This document shows positions 36,673-49,262 of a DNA stretch of 64,000 nucleotides, one piece after another; within the stretch, counting starts at the first letter, position 1; each line of letters begins with the position of its first letter. The stretch is from Macrostomum lignano (Eukaryota), in contig NIVC01002766.1 in assembly GCA_002269645.1 (NCBI GenBank), forward strand, positions 62,001 to 126,000. The letters are read 5' to 3'. A model generated the notes under the pieces. It had not been told where the DNA came from. It worked only from the letters and a program-made list of their open reading frames with translations, and did not search any database. The position numbers and the translations under genes were made by a program.

Positions 36673-39600
36673 CATTTCACAGCGTGGCGCAGGTTGTGTA
36701 GGCGTCTGGCGTACTTAAGCCATGCGCTGCAATAGGGGTTATTAGTTCAAATATCAATTAAGTGGCACCCGACTGCCACACATGACTACTGAGAATACAC
36801 TGTAAATTGTTTTAATTTGTTGGCAAACAAGAACACGCTGCCGCCATGAGCTAAGATCCTTGCGCAGCCAATGCAACACAATATGATGATTTAGTGAATG
36901 CAGCATTGTCCAATACTGAGATGATGACGATTTAGATAATTTAGTTGTTTTTCTCATAAGCCGCAGATGACGATCTCAAATATGACGACTTCGGCCGGAA
37001 CCGCATATTCAACTTTAATTCTAACCCATATATATCTGTGCGTTGATGATTCTTAGGCATTTGTATGTTATGTGACCATATATGTATCTATATAGGTTAT
37101 TCATTCTAGCAAAATGCATCAGGAACAAGAACATCAGGAGTCATGAAAATTAGTGAACTGTGTCTACAAGTTCCCACTCCTCTACCCTGCTATGTGTAGT
37201 CAACCAAAGCTGATCCCCTATAATAAGTCTTGATATCTAGTAATGCTCTTGGAGAATATCATGCACAATTCAAATGCATCATACCATATTATATAATGCA
37301 TTTCACTTTGTCATACTTAATACTAGGCTTCTATAAGCTGGTTTAAAGGGAAGCAATACCTATAAAAAATGGAAAAATGATATATGTTCTATCTCTGTGA
37401 CATACCAGGGTATGTTATTCTAATTCAAATCCAAAAAGAAATATTGTATTATACTCATCAGTCATTAGTACTTAGAAGTTAGTGAGTTGCAAGATTTAGA
37501 TTTGACTAAGCTTGAAAAGAAGACTTTTGACCAAAATCCAAAAATCCAAAATCTTAAAATAATCAAGATAGCATAATTTATTATTGAAGTTTCATACTTT
37601 TCATTTTTATCATTTTCATTTAGAAATAAAAAAAACAAATTTTGATCAAATTGTTTGTGTGGTATAACTTGAAAAATTATTGAAAACATTTTACATTTCT
37701 TGTAATTTTCTAATAAATAAACAAAGCACCTTTGCTTATGTTTGAATTTATCATCAAATGTAAACCAAAAGTAAGTATAGGCCCTAACATTTTGACTTTT
37801 ATCAATAAATAAACTTAAAATAAAAAACTGTCACCAAAATGATCCAAATATATCGCCAAAATGACTATCACCGAAGTGACTTGTCACCAAAGTGACTGTT
37901 GCCAAAGTGATCTGTCGCCGAAATGATCAGTGACCTCCCCTAGGAGCCTACTTTAAAAATCCTAGATCTGTTACGGGTCATTTCAAGGTTTTTTTTTCTG
38001 AAAAATTTAGTTTTTTGTGGCCGCGGGGGGTTAGGCCTAGTTAATTGGCAGTTGATGAAGTGACCATAGGCGAAAATAAAAACTTTTAAAAAATGAGCTC
38101 TAGCCTCCAAGTACAACTTACAAGTCTAATATTATACTTGTAAAACACATTTATAAATCAACCTACAAAGGCTGCCTACTATACCTACTACTATTAAAAA
38201 GGGACATAATCATTGTCCAAACTGGCATCATTATAATTTGCCGTGTTTTCTAGGCCAAATTTTTAGACAAGACATTGAAAAGACACTGACTGTCTCACTG
38301 TCTGACTTGAACTAGCCTAGAACTACTCAACTAGTAAAGGCCCTGTTGCCCTCGCAATGAGTCCTCATCAGATTCAGCAACATACTGAATAACACGGATA
38401 GGCCTACTAGAATTAAACTAGAAAACTTGCAAACGAAAGAGGTCCTTAAAACGTTCTAAGGACTAGGCCTAACCAATTTAAATTTCAAACTTATACTAAG
38501 ACAGGCAATGATTAGTCTGCTTTAGTTTAAACTAGACGTGTAGAAACATATGAAATCTTGCTCGGCCTACAAATGATTTAAAATTGTTACAATGTATAAC
38601 AAACCAAAATTCTCTATAATTAAGCAACGTCAGTTGTTAAAAAGAATTATGTATTTATACTTATTTAAAATTATTCTTTCATTAAAGTTTACTAATATTG
38701 TAATTACAGTTTTTAATATAACGAAAAGTCTGTTGAAATATTTCAAGAAAAAAATACTAATGCTAGGCCTATATAGCTAGCAACTTTGCAAGCCTCTCAC
38801 GTAAGGCGGGCGGTAGGGACTAACAATAGCTGGCTATGCCACTATGCTAGCCTGCTTAAAGATGAACATCGAATACTAAACTTTGTCTTATACTAAGTTA
38901 CTAAGTTATTACATTTTTTGCCGTTGTATAAGGTCTAAGTCTAAGCCCTAAAAGGGAAACTAAGGTCTACTATCTGATGATCTAAATATTTAATAATTAG
39001 CCTTAAGAGTTAAGTCAGAAATTTAAGGTCTTTATATTTTATTAGGCCTCATTGGCCCCCTAGGCCAAACTTTAAAGTTTACTAATAAAAGATAAAAAAT
39101 AATTGTTTCATCTTAGACTTAGCCCCCCCCCCTAGTTAGAATTAGATTAGAATACATTATAGGCCTATATAAAATTAAAATAGGCCTATAAAAATAGACC
39201 TAGGGGGGGCTAAAATTAGAAAAAAGTAAAGAATATTTCATATTTGCATTTCATAGGCCCTTATGATACTTTTTAGCCTATGCATTATGTAAAGATATGT
39301 TGCATTGCTATTTTCCATGCCATGCCTTACCTTTATATCATAGATATATTAGGCCTAGGCCTAGCCTATGAAATTAAGCAAGTTCTAGCTAGCTAGGGCC
39401 TATTGGCTTAGCCAATAATAAAATTTATTGTTTTTAATAGTTGACTAGCTAGCCTAATTTGCGCTGTCAACTAAGCCCTAGGGCCTAGCATCTAGAATTT
39501 TATTGTTTCCCCTTGGCCGTACACCTATATGGTTATACAAATTAAATCAAGTAGGGCCTAATTATCTTGCTAGTTCGATGCAATAAGTTTTTTATTAGTT

Positions 39601-41961
39601 GGCTATAAATCTTTTGATATAATCAAATTTAAATTAGCTATAAAGTTCAAGTTTCTCATTATATACAATTAAATTAGGCTTAGTAATTTTAATAGTTAGT
39701 TGGATACAAATAAATTAAAAAGGCCTATTTAAAAAAGCTTTCAAATATTTAATCTCTCTTAGCAATGAGCTAGAACTTAATAAAAATATATTTATCATCT
39801 TGGGCACATTTGATATGTTTTGGGGAAGAAATTATAAAAATCAACTAAAAGCCTTTTGGGAGATTATCATTTGTACAATATAAGCAAGCAAACATATATA
39901 AACTTTTTATTTTTAGTATATTTCTTGCTCTTAGGCAATTTACTGCTCTAAGGAAATCTTCTTTAGACTATTAAGTAATTTTCACTTTCAGTAGGGTTTA
40001 ATTCTCCCAATGTTGGGGTTTCTTATAAAAGAGATAAAAGAAATAAACTGGATAACAAACTTGATTAGTAAGCCTATCTTTCCAAATTGGAAGTTGATTA
40101 TAAAAGTTTACAAGCAGGTAGAAATACCAAGTTGTTGCTCTTTTAGTTTTTAGGCTTTTATTTATATTGGCTGTAAAGTCAGTTTCAAACCATTATATAC
40201 CATTGAAACAAATTTATTTATAAAATATTTTTGGAAACACTAATTCAATGAAAATTAAGGATAAGCTTTAAATGCAGTAAGCCTTTTCTTACTGCAGTAA
40301 GCAGTAAGTAATTCTTAAAAAAGAATAAGTTTTTAAAAAGAATATATAAGAAAAGAATAGGCCCTATACTAAGTCTATATAATGAATGTTATATTACTAG
40401 GCCTATAAAAAGAGCACTATGTCACTAGCATATTCAAAAGAAAATAGTTATTAATTTTTAGTATATGGATTAATTGATCAATATTACTAAATTAAACAAA
40501 AGAACTAGATATACAAATTATTTTCTTGTAAGTATATTTCAAGTATTTTAAGTATATACTTCAAGAAATAACTTTAGGACTTAAAGACTATTTGAGCTTT
40601 TAATTTCATTGACTAGTAAAAAGTAAATCAATAAAAATAACTAGGTAAGTAGATGTTATTAGTGGTATTACAAACCTTTTTAAAAGGAACTTTAAGTCAT
40701 AGGTTGAAAAGATTTTCAATGCTTTATATTATGAATAAGATGAATATAATTAGGATAATAAGGTTAAGGTATAGATATAAAAGGTTTTATTTGAACACAT
40801 GAATATACCATAAATAAATAATATATTATAAATGAGTTTTAAGTAAACTATTGCTTTAATTCTTTATTTTCTCATTATATTTTATTAAGTGATAGAAGAA
40901 CCATTGCTATTGGAATTAATATCAATTTAAAGTTTAAGGAAGTTATAGGAAATTAGTAGCTATAGATATTGATTGATATAAATAAACTATGGGAAAAATT
41001 AGCTACCACTATAGATACAAATATAGGCAATTGTGGGTTATAGTAGAACTCTAAGAATTAATACATTGTAGTTATATTATCAATAATATAATCAGGATTA
41101 ACATAAAAATATATATATATCTTTCTAATAATCATAATATACTTACCTAAATGATAAAATAGTAGTCAAAGTTCTCAAACATATAAGTGTACCATATTAT
41201 TGTCCTGTATATTATAGGCCCTATTATTTAACCTTTCAGTAATAATATATTTATAGTATGGCTTAGTTATAAACCAAATATATTTTTATAAAATGAATTA
41301 TTTATATTAGATGACCTTGTTTGTTCATTATATGCTCAAAGTACCTTGATAGCATTGGCATAGTTATGATGTATGATAATTAAAATTTAAACCTCCAAGT
41401 AATTGATATGTTTGCATTGGTTGGCATTAGGAATCCCTAAGTATGTCTATGTTATTTAGTATTCCTCATTTGTATTATAACATGGAATATCTAAAAGAGC
41501 AGATTGAGCAAATTGCCTAATAAAATGATTATTTATGCAATAGTGCTTCATCTCACATGCCAGAAACACAATTTAACATAATTTCAAGTGTTTATCTTAT
41601 TGAGAGAAATCCCTACCTAAAAATTTTTATCTAAAGGTTTTGAAATTTGAGATTTTTATTTTTCTATTTTGATTGGATTTTTAAAATAAAAATAAGCCTT
41701 TTTGTCAACTGAAATGTTAAATGCAGTAAAATGTTAAGTTATTCATGAGTGCCATGCATGCACCTATAAAGTAAAACTCAATTGAAGCATTCTGGTAGGG
41801 ATTTGTTAGTCAGACAAGTGCTTAGATTTTTGTCTGATGTGTTTTAGACATAAGATGAAGCACTTTGTAGTTTGCATCACCATTGTATTTGAAATTTTTT
41901 GGTCAATCCGCACTTCTAGATGCACCATAGTTGCTATTTTAATCTCTGAACTCCCGCAGAC

Positions 41962-42279
41962 ATGGCCCCAGCCTATGAGATCTGTGTCGGCCTGAAAAAG
42001 GGCCACCGCATCACGGCCAACACACCTCGCCCCAAGCCAGCCAATCGTCGGGGCAAAAGTACTAAAAATAACAAATTTGTCCGCTCCGTTATTCGCGAAA
42101 TTGTCGGCTACGCGCCGTACGAGAGGCGAATTGTTGAACTGTTGAAAATCTCCAAGGACAAGCGGGCGCTGAAGTTTGCTAAGCGTCGGCTTGGATCGCA
42201 TCTGCGCGCCAAACGCAAGCGCGAAGAGATGGTGCGAGTTGTGCAGGCGCAGCATCGCAAGAAGGAGCAGAAGGAGTAA
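41962..42279 (+). CDS. RPL36: 60S ribosomal protein eL36, 105 aa
   Basis: [18 protein letters not shown]...[52 protein letters not shown]; acceptor CCCGCAG|AC ATG. Confidence 0.97.
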   Translation: MAPAYEICVGLKKGHRITANTPRPKPANRRGKSTKNNKFVRSVIREIVGYAPYERRIVELLKISKDKRALKFAKRRLGSHLRAKRKREEMVRVVQAQHRKKEQKE

Positions 42280-42445
42280 CTTGACCCGATGACCCTTGCC
42301 ATCTGTGGCTCTTTAATGTCGAGTTATGTTGTGTCCTAATTCAATTATACAGAACACTCGACAAATGCTTGGATTGAAAAAATCATTTTGTGTAAACAAT
42401 TAAGCGACTGTCTTTTGTTGTTCATATTGCCTTTGTTATTTATAA

Positions 42446-43720
42446 TCTAGAACATCAGTGTTTGTACAGGTGCCAGAATCTAGAACATCAGTGTTTGTAC
42501 AGGTGCCAGAATCTAGAACACCAGTGTTTGTACAGGTGCCAGAATCTAGAACATCAGTGTTTGTACAGGTGCCAGAATCTAGAACATCAGTGTTTGTACA
42601 GGTGCCAGAATCTAGAACACCAGTGTTTGTACAGGTGCCAGAATCTAGAACATCAGTGTTTGTACAGGTGCCAGAATCTAGAACATCAGTGTTTGTACAG
42701 GTGCCAGAATCTAGAACATCAGTGTTTGTACAGGTGCCAGAATCTAGAACACCAGTGTTTGTACAGGTGCCAGAATCTAGAACATCAGTGTTTGTACAGG
42801 TGCCAGAATCTAGAACATCAGTGTTTGTACAGGTGCCAGAATCTAGAACATCAGTTTGAGTACAGGTGCCAGAATCTAGAACATCAGTTTGAGTACAGGT
42901 GCCAGAATCTAGAACACCAGTGTTTGTACAGGTGCCAGAATCTAGAACATCAGTTTGAGTACAGGTGCCAGAATCTAGAACATCAGTTTGAGTACAGGTG
43001 CCAGAATCTAGAACACCAGTGTTTGTACAGGTGCCAGAATCTAGAACATCAGTGTGAGTACAGGTGCCAGAATCTAGAACACCAGTGTTTGTACAGGTGC
43101 CAGAATCTAGAACATCAGTGTACAGGTGCCAGAATCTAGAACATCAGTGTTTGTACGGGTGCTAGAATCTAGAACACCAGTGTTTGTACAGGTGCCAGAA
43201 TCTAGAACATCAGTTTGAGTACAGGTGCCAGAATCTAGAACACCAGTGTTTGTACAGGTGCCAGAATCTAGAACATCAGTGTTTGTACAGGTGCCAGAAT
43301 CTAGAACACCAGTGTGAGTACAGGTGCCAGAATCTAGAACATCAGTGTTTGTACAGGTGCTAGAATCTAGAACACCAGTGTTTGTACAGGTGCTAGAATC
43401 TAGAAAACCAGTGTTTGTACAGGTGCCAGAATCTAGAACACCAGTGTGAGTACAGGTGCCAGAATCTAGAACATCAGTGTTTGTACAGGTGCCAGAATCT
43501 AGAACACCAGTGTGAGTACAGGTGCCAGAATCTAGAACATCAGTGTTTGTACAGGTGCCAGAATCTAGAACATCAGTTTGAGTACAGGTGCCAGAATCTA
43601 GAACATCAGTTTGAGTACAGGTGCCAGAATCTAGAACACCAGTGTTTGTACAGGTGCCAGAATCTAGAACATCAGTTTGAGTACAGGTGCCAGAATCTAG
43701 AACACCAGTGTCAGTACAAG
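42446..43720. repeat. 33-bp minisatellite (TCTAGAACATCAGTGTTTGTACAGGTGCCAGAA) between RPL36 and NPL
   Basis: About 38 units. Confidence 0.97.
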
Positions 43721-44151
43721 CGTCGAGTCTAATGCAATGTAAACATGTACGTAATGCATACGGTCTGCTGGTAAATCAAGTTCTCCAGATTGTTTATGTA
43801 ACGCCAAAATCCAATAGAGTGAGGTACTTTCAATGCGTGTACCTGCAAAGTTATTCAAAAAAAAACTCTGAGCTCCTCAACAACCGCTGATATGCATTTA
43901 GGCACGTGCTCAAAAACTGTACCCAATCAATCTGCCGCAGTGTAACTAGAGAAGTCGGTAATATTGTTGAATAATTCAGACATTTTCGTTCGAGGCACGC
44001 ATGCATTTACTTGAAACTTGAAACAAACGTGTCTTATTCCCACCCGGAGGCTAGCGTATAAAATAACACTCAAAACACCCCAACAGGTGTTTCAGCCCTA
44101 CTACTCGAGTGGTTCTCGTTACTCGTTACTCGTTACCAGTCAAGTTTTACA

Positions 44152-44739
44152 ATGCAGCAATTCCGTTTACCCAGACTGACCGTCCCAACGTTCACCCCTA
44201 TGACGCCAGACGGGGAGTTGGACCTGGACAAGATCCCAGCCTACGCCCGCCTGCTCAGCCAGTCCGGGGTACGGAGCGTCTTCGTCTGCGGCAGCACCGG
44301 CGAGTTCCCCAGTCTCAGTCTGGACGAGCGCAGGCGTGTTCTCGAAGCCTGGTGTCAGGCCCGCGCTGACGGCCTAATCGACACGGTGACCGCTCACGTG
44401 GGCACCTGCTGTCTCAAGGACACCATCCTACTGGCCAGACACGCCGTGCAAAAGTGCAACGCGGACGCTGTAGCATCCGTGGCTCCCTGGTACTTCCCTA
44501 TTGACCAGATCGACGCTACAGTGGAACTGCTGGCCAAGGTGGCTGCTGAGTGCGACGGCAAGCCCTTCTATTATTACCACATCCCGATGTTCACCAACAG
44601 CAAGCTAGACGTGGCCCAGCTGATGCGCCGGGCCGCTGCACTTGTGCCGAACCTGGTCGGGCTGAAGTTCACGGACTCTTCGCTTAGTCAACTGGCCGCC
44701 TGCTCGGAGGTTGTTGCACCCGACGGGCGACAGATGCAG
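44152..44739 (+). CDS. NPL: N-acetylneuraminate lyase (DHDPS family) exon 1
   Basis: FTPM, FVCGSTGE, FYYYHIP, Schiff-base lysine GLKFT; donor CAG|GTGCAG; 196 codons. Confidence 0.88.
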
Positions 44740-44789
44740 GTGCAGGCGCGAGTTAAAGTTGCCTTTATGGTTGATTTATTATGATCTAC

Positions 44790-45585
44790 TCAGACCTTCC
44801 CACACTACCCAACCTACTCAATCCATCCAATCTACTTAACCTACTCAACCTACCAACATATCCAATCTACTTAACCTACCTAACCTACTAATCAACTTAA
44901 CCTACTAAACCTACCAATCCATCCAGTCTACTCAACCTACCAATCTACTCAACCTACCAATCCATCCAATCTACTCAACCTACCAATCTACTCAACCTAC
45001 CAATCCATCCAATCTACTCAACCTACCAATCCATCCAATCTACTCAACCTACCAATCCATCCAATCTACTCAACCTACCAATCCATCCAAATTACTCAAC
45101 CTACCAATCCATCCAATCTACTCAACCTACCAATCCATCCAATCTACTCAACCTACCAATCTACTCAACCTACCAATCCATCCAATCTACTCAACCTACC
45201 AATCCATCCAATCTACTCAACCTACCAATCCATCCAATCTACTCAACCTACCAATCCATCCAATCTACTCAACCTACCAATCCATCCAATCTACTCAACC
45301 TACCAATCCATCCAATCTACTCAACCTACCAATCCATCCAATCTACTCAACCTACCAATCCATCCAATCTACTCAACCTACCAATCCATCCAATCTACTC
45401 AACATACCAATCCATCCAATCTACTCAACCTACCAATCCATCCAATCTACTCAACCTACCAATCCATTCAATCTACTCAACCTACCAATCCATCCAATCT
45501 ACTCAACCTACCAATCCATCCAATCTACTCAACCTACCAATCCATTCAATCTACTCAACCTACCAATCCATCCAATTTACTTAAT
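44790..45585. repeat. 26-bp G-free minisatellite (CTACTCAACCTACCAATCCATCCAAT), NPL intron
   Basis: About 28 units plus degenerate left edge. Confidence 0.95.
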
Positions 45586-45599
45586 CCACACCACAACAG

Positions 45600-45971
45600 G
45601 CCATAATCGGTCTGGACGACCTGACTTTGCCAGCCAGATCGGTGGGTGTCCTGGACGGCATCGGCGCCAGCTACAATCTGATTCCGGACGTTGTCAATTC
45701 TCTAGCCAACAGCTTTGACTCGGGCAATCTGAGCACAGCTCGCAGCGAGTCCAGCCGCATCCGGTCCCTATTCGAGGCGATCTCATCGGCAGTGGAAGGC
45801 TACGGTATGGTGTCGCTGTTAAAAACCACCATGTCCTTGATGCGAATGGACCTAGGACCGCCGCGTCTGCCGTTGAAGCCGCTGAATTCGCCTGCTAGAA
45901 TCATTCTAGAACAGCGGCTAAAGTTCGACGGATTCTTAGCCAGGGATGAAGCGCAAGAGAAGCTGGCTTGA
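45600..45971 (+). CDS. NPL: NPL exon 2 (last)
   Basis: AIIGLDDLTLPARSVGVLDGIGASYN...MDLGPPRLPL resembles NPL FLFGVDEQLL...GAVGSTYN...LGPPRLPL; acceptor CAACAG|GCC; joined 319 aa; AATAAA 46064-46069. Confidence 0.88.
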   Translation, partial: AIIGLDDLTLPARSVGVLDGIGASYNLIPDVVNSLANSFDSGNLSTARSESSRIRSLFEAISSAVEGYGMVSLLKTTMSLMRMDLGPPRLPLKPLNSPARIILEQRLKFDGFLARDEAQEKLA

Positions 45972-46194
45972 AGACCAACTGAATTTAGAATGACATTTTG
46001 AAGACAATCGACTGCCGAGTGTGATATTCAATCAAGTTTAATCCAAAGACCACTTCAAATCAAAATAAAACTTATTATTTGAAATTGCAATATTTTTAGC
46101 TTCTGGACTTAAAGGTCATTTGAAGCTAATAAATACACTTCTTTAATGGGTTTTCACCACTGTGTAACTTCCAGTGCCAAGTCGCTAGGGATTT

Positions 46195-46808
46195 TTGCTA
46201 CTGGGGAATTCCTGCTACTGGGGAATTCCTGCTACTGGGGTATTCTTGCTACTGGGGTATTCCTGCTACTGGGGTATTATAGCTACTGGGGTATTCCTGC
46301 TACTGGGGTATTCCTGCTACTGGGGTATTCCTGCTACTGGGGTATTCCTGCTACTGGGGTATTCCTGCTACTGGGGTATTCCTGCTACTGGGGTATTCCT
46401 GCTACTGGGGTATTCCTGCTACTGGGGTATTCCTGCTACTGGGGTATTCCTGCTATTGGGGTATTCTTGCTACCGGAGTATTCTTGCTACTGGGGTATTC
46501 CTGCTAGTGGGGTATTTCGATTATTGGGGAATTCCTGCTACTGGGGTATTCCTGCTAGTGGGGTATTCTAGCTACTGGGGTATTCTAGCTACTGGGGTAT
46601 TCCTGCTACTGGGGTATTCCTGCTACTGGGGTATTCCTGCTAGTGGGGTATTTCGATTATTGGGGAATTCCTGCTACTGGGGTATTCTAGCTACTGGGGT
46701 ATTCTAGCTACTGGGGTATTCCTGCTACTGGGGTATTCCTGCTACTGGGGAATTCCTGCTACTAGGGTATTCCTGCTACTGGGGTATTCCTGCTAGTGGG
46801 GTATTCCT
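46195..46808. repeat. 17-bp minisatellite (GGGTATTCCTGCTACTG) between the convergent NPL and NUMA1 3' ends
   Basis: About 35 units. Confidence 0.95.
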
Positions 46809-47551
46809 ATACGGTATCTGAGAATTCCTGCTGTCGTCAAAGTTTTAAGGGCCGCTGTTAGAGTAGATTAGTGTAAAAAATTCCATGAAAACCCGTCAGT
46901 AATGACGACAATTTCAGTTTTAACAAAATGCATTACAACTAAAGCAGCAGAGACAGAGTTTTAATGTATTTGTGTGCGTGCAAGCAAACTGACGTTTTGC
47001 TATTAGTAGCAACAGCAACAATAAGGAAATATGATTTATGTAAAACAGCTTTTATTTGGTATTTGAGTGGACTATAAAATGTAAAATTAAAAAGTAACGG
47101 TTTATTTAAAGATTATTTAGGGTATGAATATTTTTAGCACTAAATAATTAATTCATAAATGCGCGTATTTAAAACGGACTTGCTGTAGAAAAGACGGATG
47201 CTTAACAAAATGCCCACAACAGTAGGTTTATTTTATAATAAATAAAGCCAAGAAAGAAGCAACAGTGACAACGAAAATGCATGCTAAATTATATTAAACT
47301 ACTATGAGTAATAAAAAGCAGTAGAAATAAACAAGGAAAACAGTTTTAACTGGGGAAAAGTACATACAGCACCAGTATGTTTTGTAAGCCAAAATGCAAA
47401 CTATTCAACTCGGAAAAATGTTTAGAACAAAAAGAAACAACAAAAGCTTTTTTATTCAAATCAATCAGAACTAAAATAGCCAACTACTACTGGTAGTAGG
47501 CGACGCGGTATAAAACAGTTCAGTTGCTATGGCAACGCACAGATTAATAAG

Positions 47552-47945
47552 TCAGTCGCCCATCACCAGTTTGCGTACAGTCTTAGCGCTGCTGCTGCCG
47601 CTGCCACCGCCTGCGGGTCGGCGAGGTCCCGGCCTGCCCGGGTTCATCTCGATGCTATAGACCAGGGTTTTCTTGGCTGGCACAACCGGTTCGGCCGAGC
47701 TAGACGAAGCTGATACAGAGCTGTTATTGTGCTGCTGCTGCCCAATGGCATGGCTGGAGCGATTCTCGCGTTCTGAGCCGCCGCTAGGCCAGCGCTGATG
47801 CTGCTGCGGCTGCTGCTGCTGTTGCTGCAGCGTCGACATGGAAGCCGACGTATTTTTCGGCCTAGTAGAAGCGGCGGCCGATGTCGTCGACGCCAGTCTT
47901 GGCGCGGCAGATTTCGGCGATTTGAACAGGCGCTGACGCTGAGGT

Positions 47946-47981
<36 letters not shown>

Positions 47982-48114
47982 ATTCCGCCAGCAGACAGGC
48001 GGTTACGATCGCTCAGCACAGCGGCGGATGTCGACGACCATGTCGACGCTAATGTCGATGTCAGGGCTGACGTGGCGATGGTTGAAGTGGACCGACTTGC
48101 CACGGCGGACGAAG
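47552..48114 (-). CDS. NUMA1: NuMA-like exon 10 (last)
   Basis: Phase-1 acceptor AATCCCAG|CT just after an in-frame TGA, branch-like CTGAT upstream; KKTLVYSIEMNP resembles NuMA RQSMAFSILNTP; minus-strand AATAAA at 47451-47456. Confidence 0.72.
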
Positions 48115-48188
48115 CTGGGATTCAGTTTGAGGGGCAGCAAAATCAGTCTGCGAACATTGCACTGACACAAATTGACTGTCGAACGTAC

Positions 48189-48221
48189 CTAAAGCTAAAA
48201 TACGACATGTGTCGCCGTTTT
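48189..48221 (-). CDS. NUMA1: NuMA-like 33-nt microexon (exon 9), (E)NGDTCRILAL
   Basis: TATCAG|AA...TTAG|GTACGT, phase 1 on both sides; gives IVESTENGDTCRILALAS versus NuMA ITDEEMKTGDPQETLRRAS. Confidence 0.6.
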
Positions 48222-48249
48222 CTGATACGACTTTTCTCCGCGTTGCTTC

Positions 48250-49222
48250 CCTGCTCTCTCTTCTCTCTCCCCCCTCTATCTTCATTTCTTCCCCCTCTCT
48301 CTCCCCCTTATCCTCTTTTCTTCCCCCCTATCCCTCCCCTCTATCCTCTTTCCTTCCCCCCCTCTCTCTCCTCTCTATCTTCTTTCCTCCACTCTCTCTC
48401 TCCCCTCTTATCTTCTTTCCTCCACTCTCTCTCTCCCCTCTTATCTTCTTTCCTCCACTCTCTCTCTCTCCCCTCTATCCTCTTTCCTCCACTCTCTCTC
48501 TCCCCTCTTATCTTCTTTCCTCCACTCTCTCTCTCCCCTCTTATCTTCTTTCCTCCACTCTCTCTCTCCCCTCTATCCTCTTTCCTCCACTCTCTCTCTC
48601 CCCTCTTATCTTCTTTCCTCCACTCTCTCTCTCCCCTCTATCTTCTTTTCTTCCCCCATCTCTCTCTCCCCTCTTATCTTCTTTCCTCCACTCTCTCTCT
48701 CCCCTCTATCCTCTTTTCTTCCCCCATCTCTCTCTCCCCTCTTATCTTCTTTCCTCCACTCTCTCTCTCCCCTCTATCCTCTTTCCATCCCCCATCTCTC
48801 TCTCCCCTCTATCTTCTTCCCTTCCCCTCCCCTTCTCCCCCTTCTATCCCCCTCTTTCCCCTTTTCCCTCTCTTCCTTTCCCCTTCTCTTCCCTCCCCCC
48901 TTTTTTACTTCCCCTTCTCTTCGCTTCCCCTCTCTTATCTTCTCCTCTCTTCCACCCCCTCTCTTCCCTTCCCCTCTCTTCCCTTCCCCTCTCTTCCCCC
49001 CTTCTCTTCCATCCCCCTCTCTCCCCTCCCCTTCTCTTCCATCCCTCCTCTTCCCTCCCCCTCTTCCCTCCCCTTCTCTTCAATCCCCCTCTCTTCCCTC
49101 CGCCTCTCTTCCCTCCCCCTCTCTTCCCTCCCCTTCTCTTCCCTCCCCCTCTCTTCCCTCCGCCTCTCTTCCCTCCCCCTCTCTTCCCTCTCCTCCCTTT
49201 CCTCTCCCCTCTCTTCCACCCA
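48250..49222. repeat. CT-rich low-complexity/degenerate tandem repeat (purine-rich on the NUMA1 sense strand)
   Basis: Almost exclusively C/T on + strand with about 28-30-bp and 21-bp periodic sub-blocks. Confidence 0.9.
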
Positions 49223-49262
49223 GGGATCACTTTTTTATCACTGAGGCTACAATGCCACTCAC

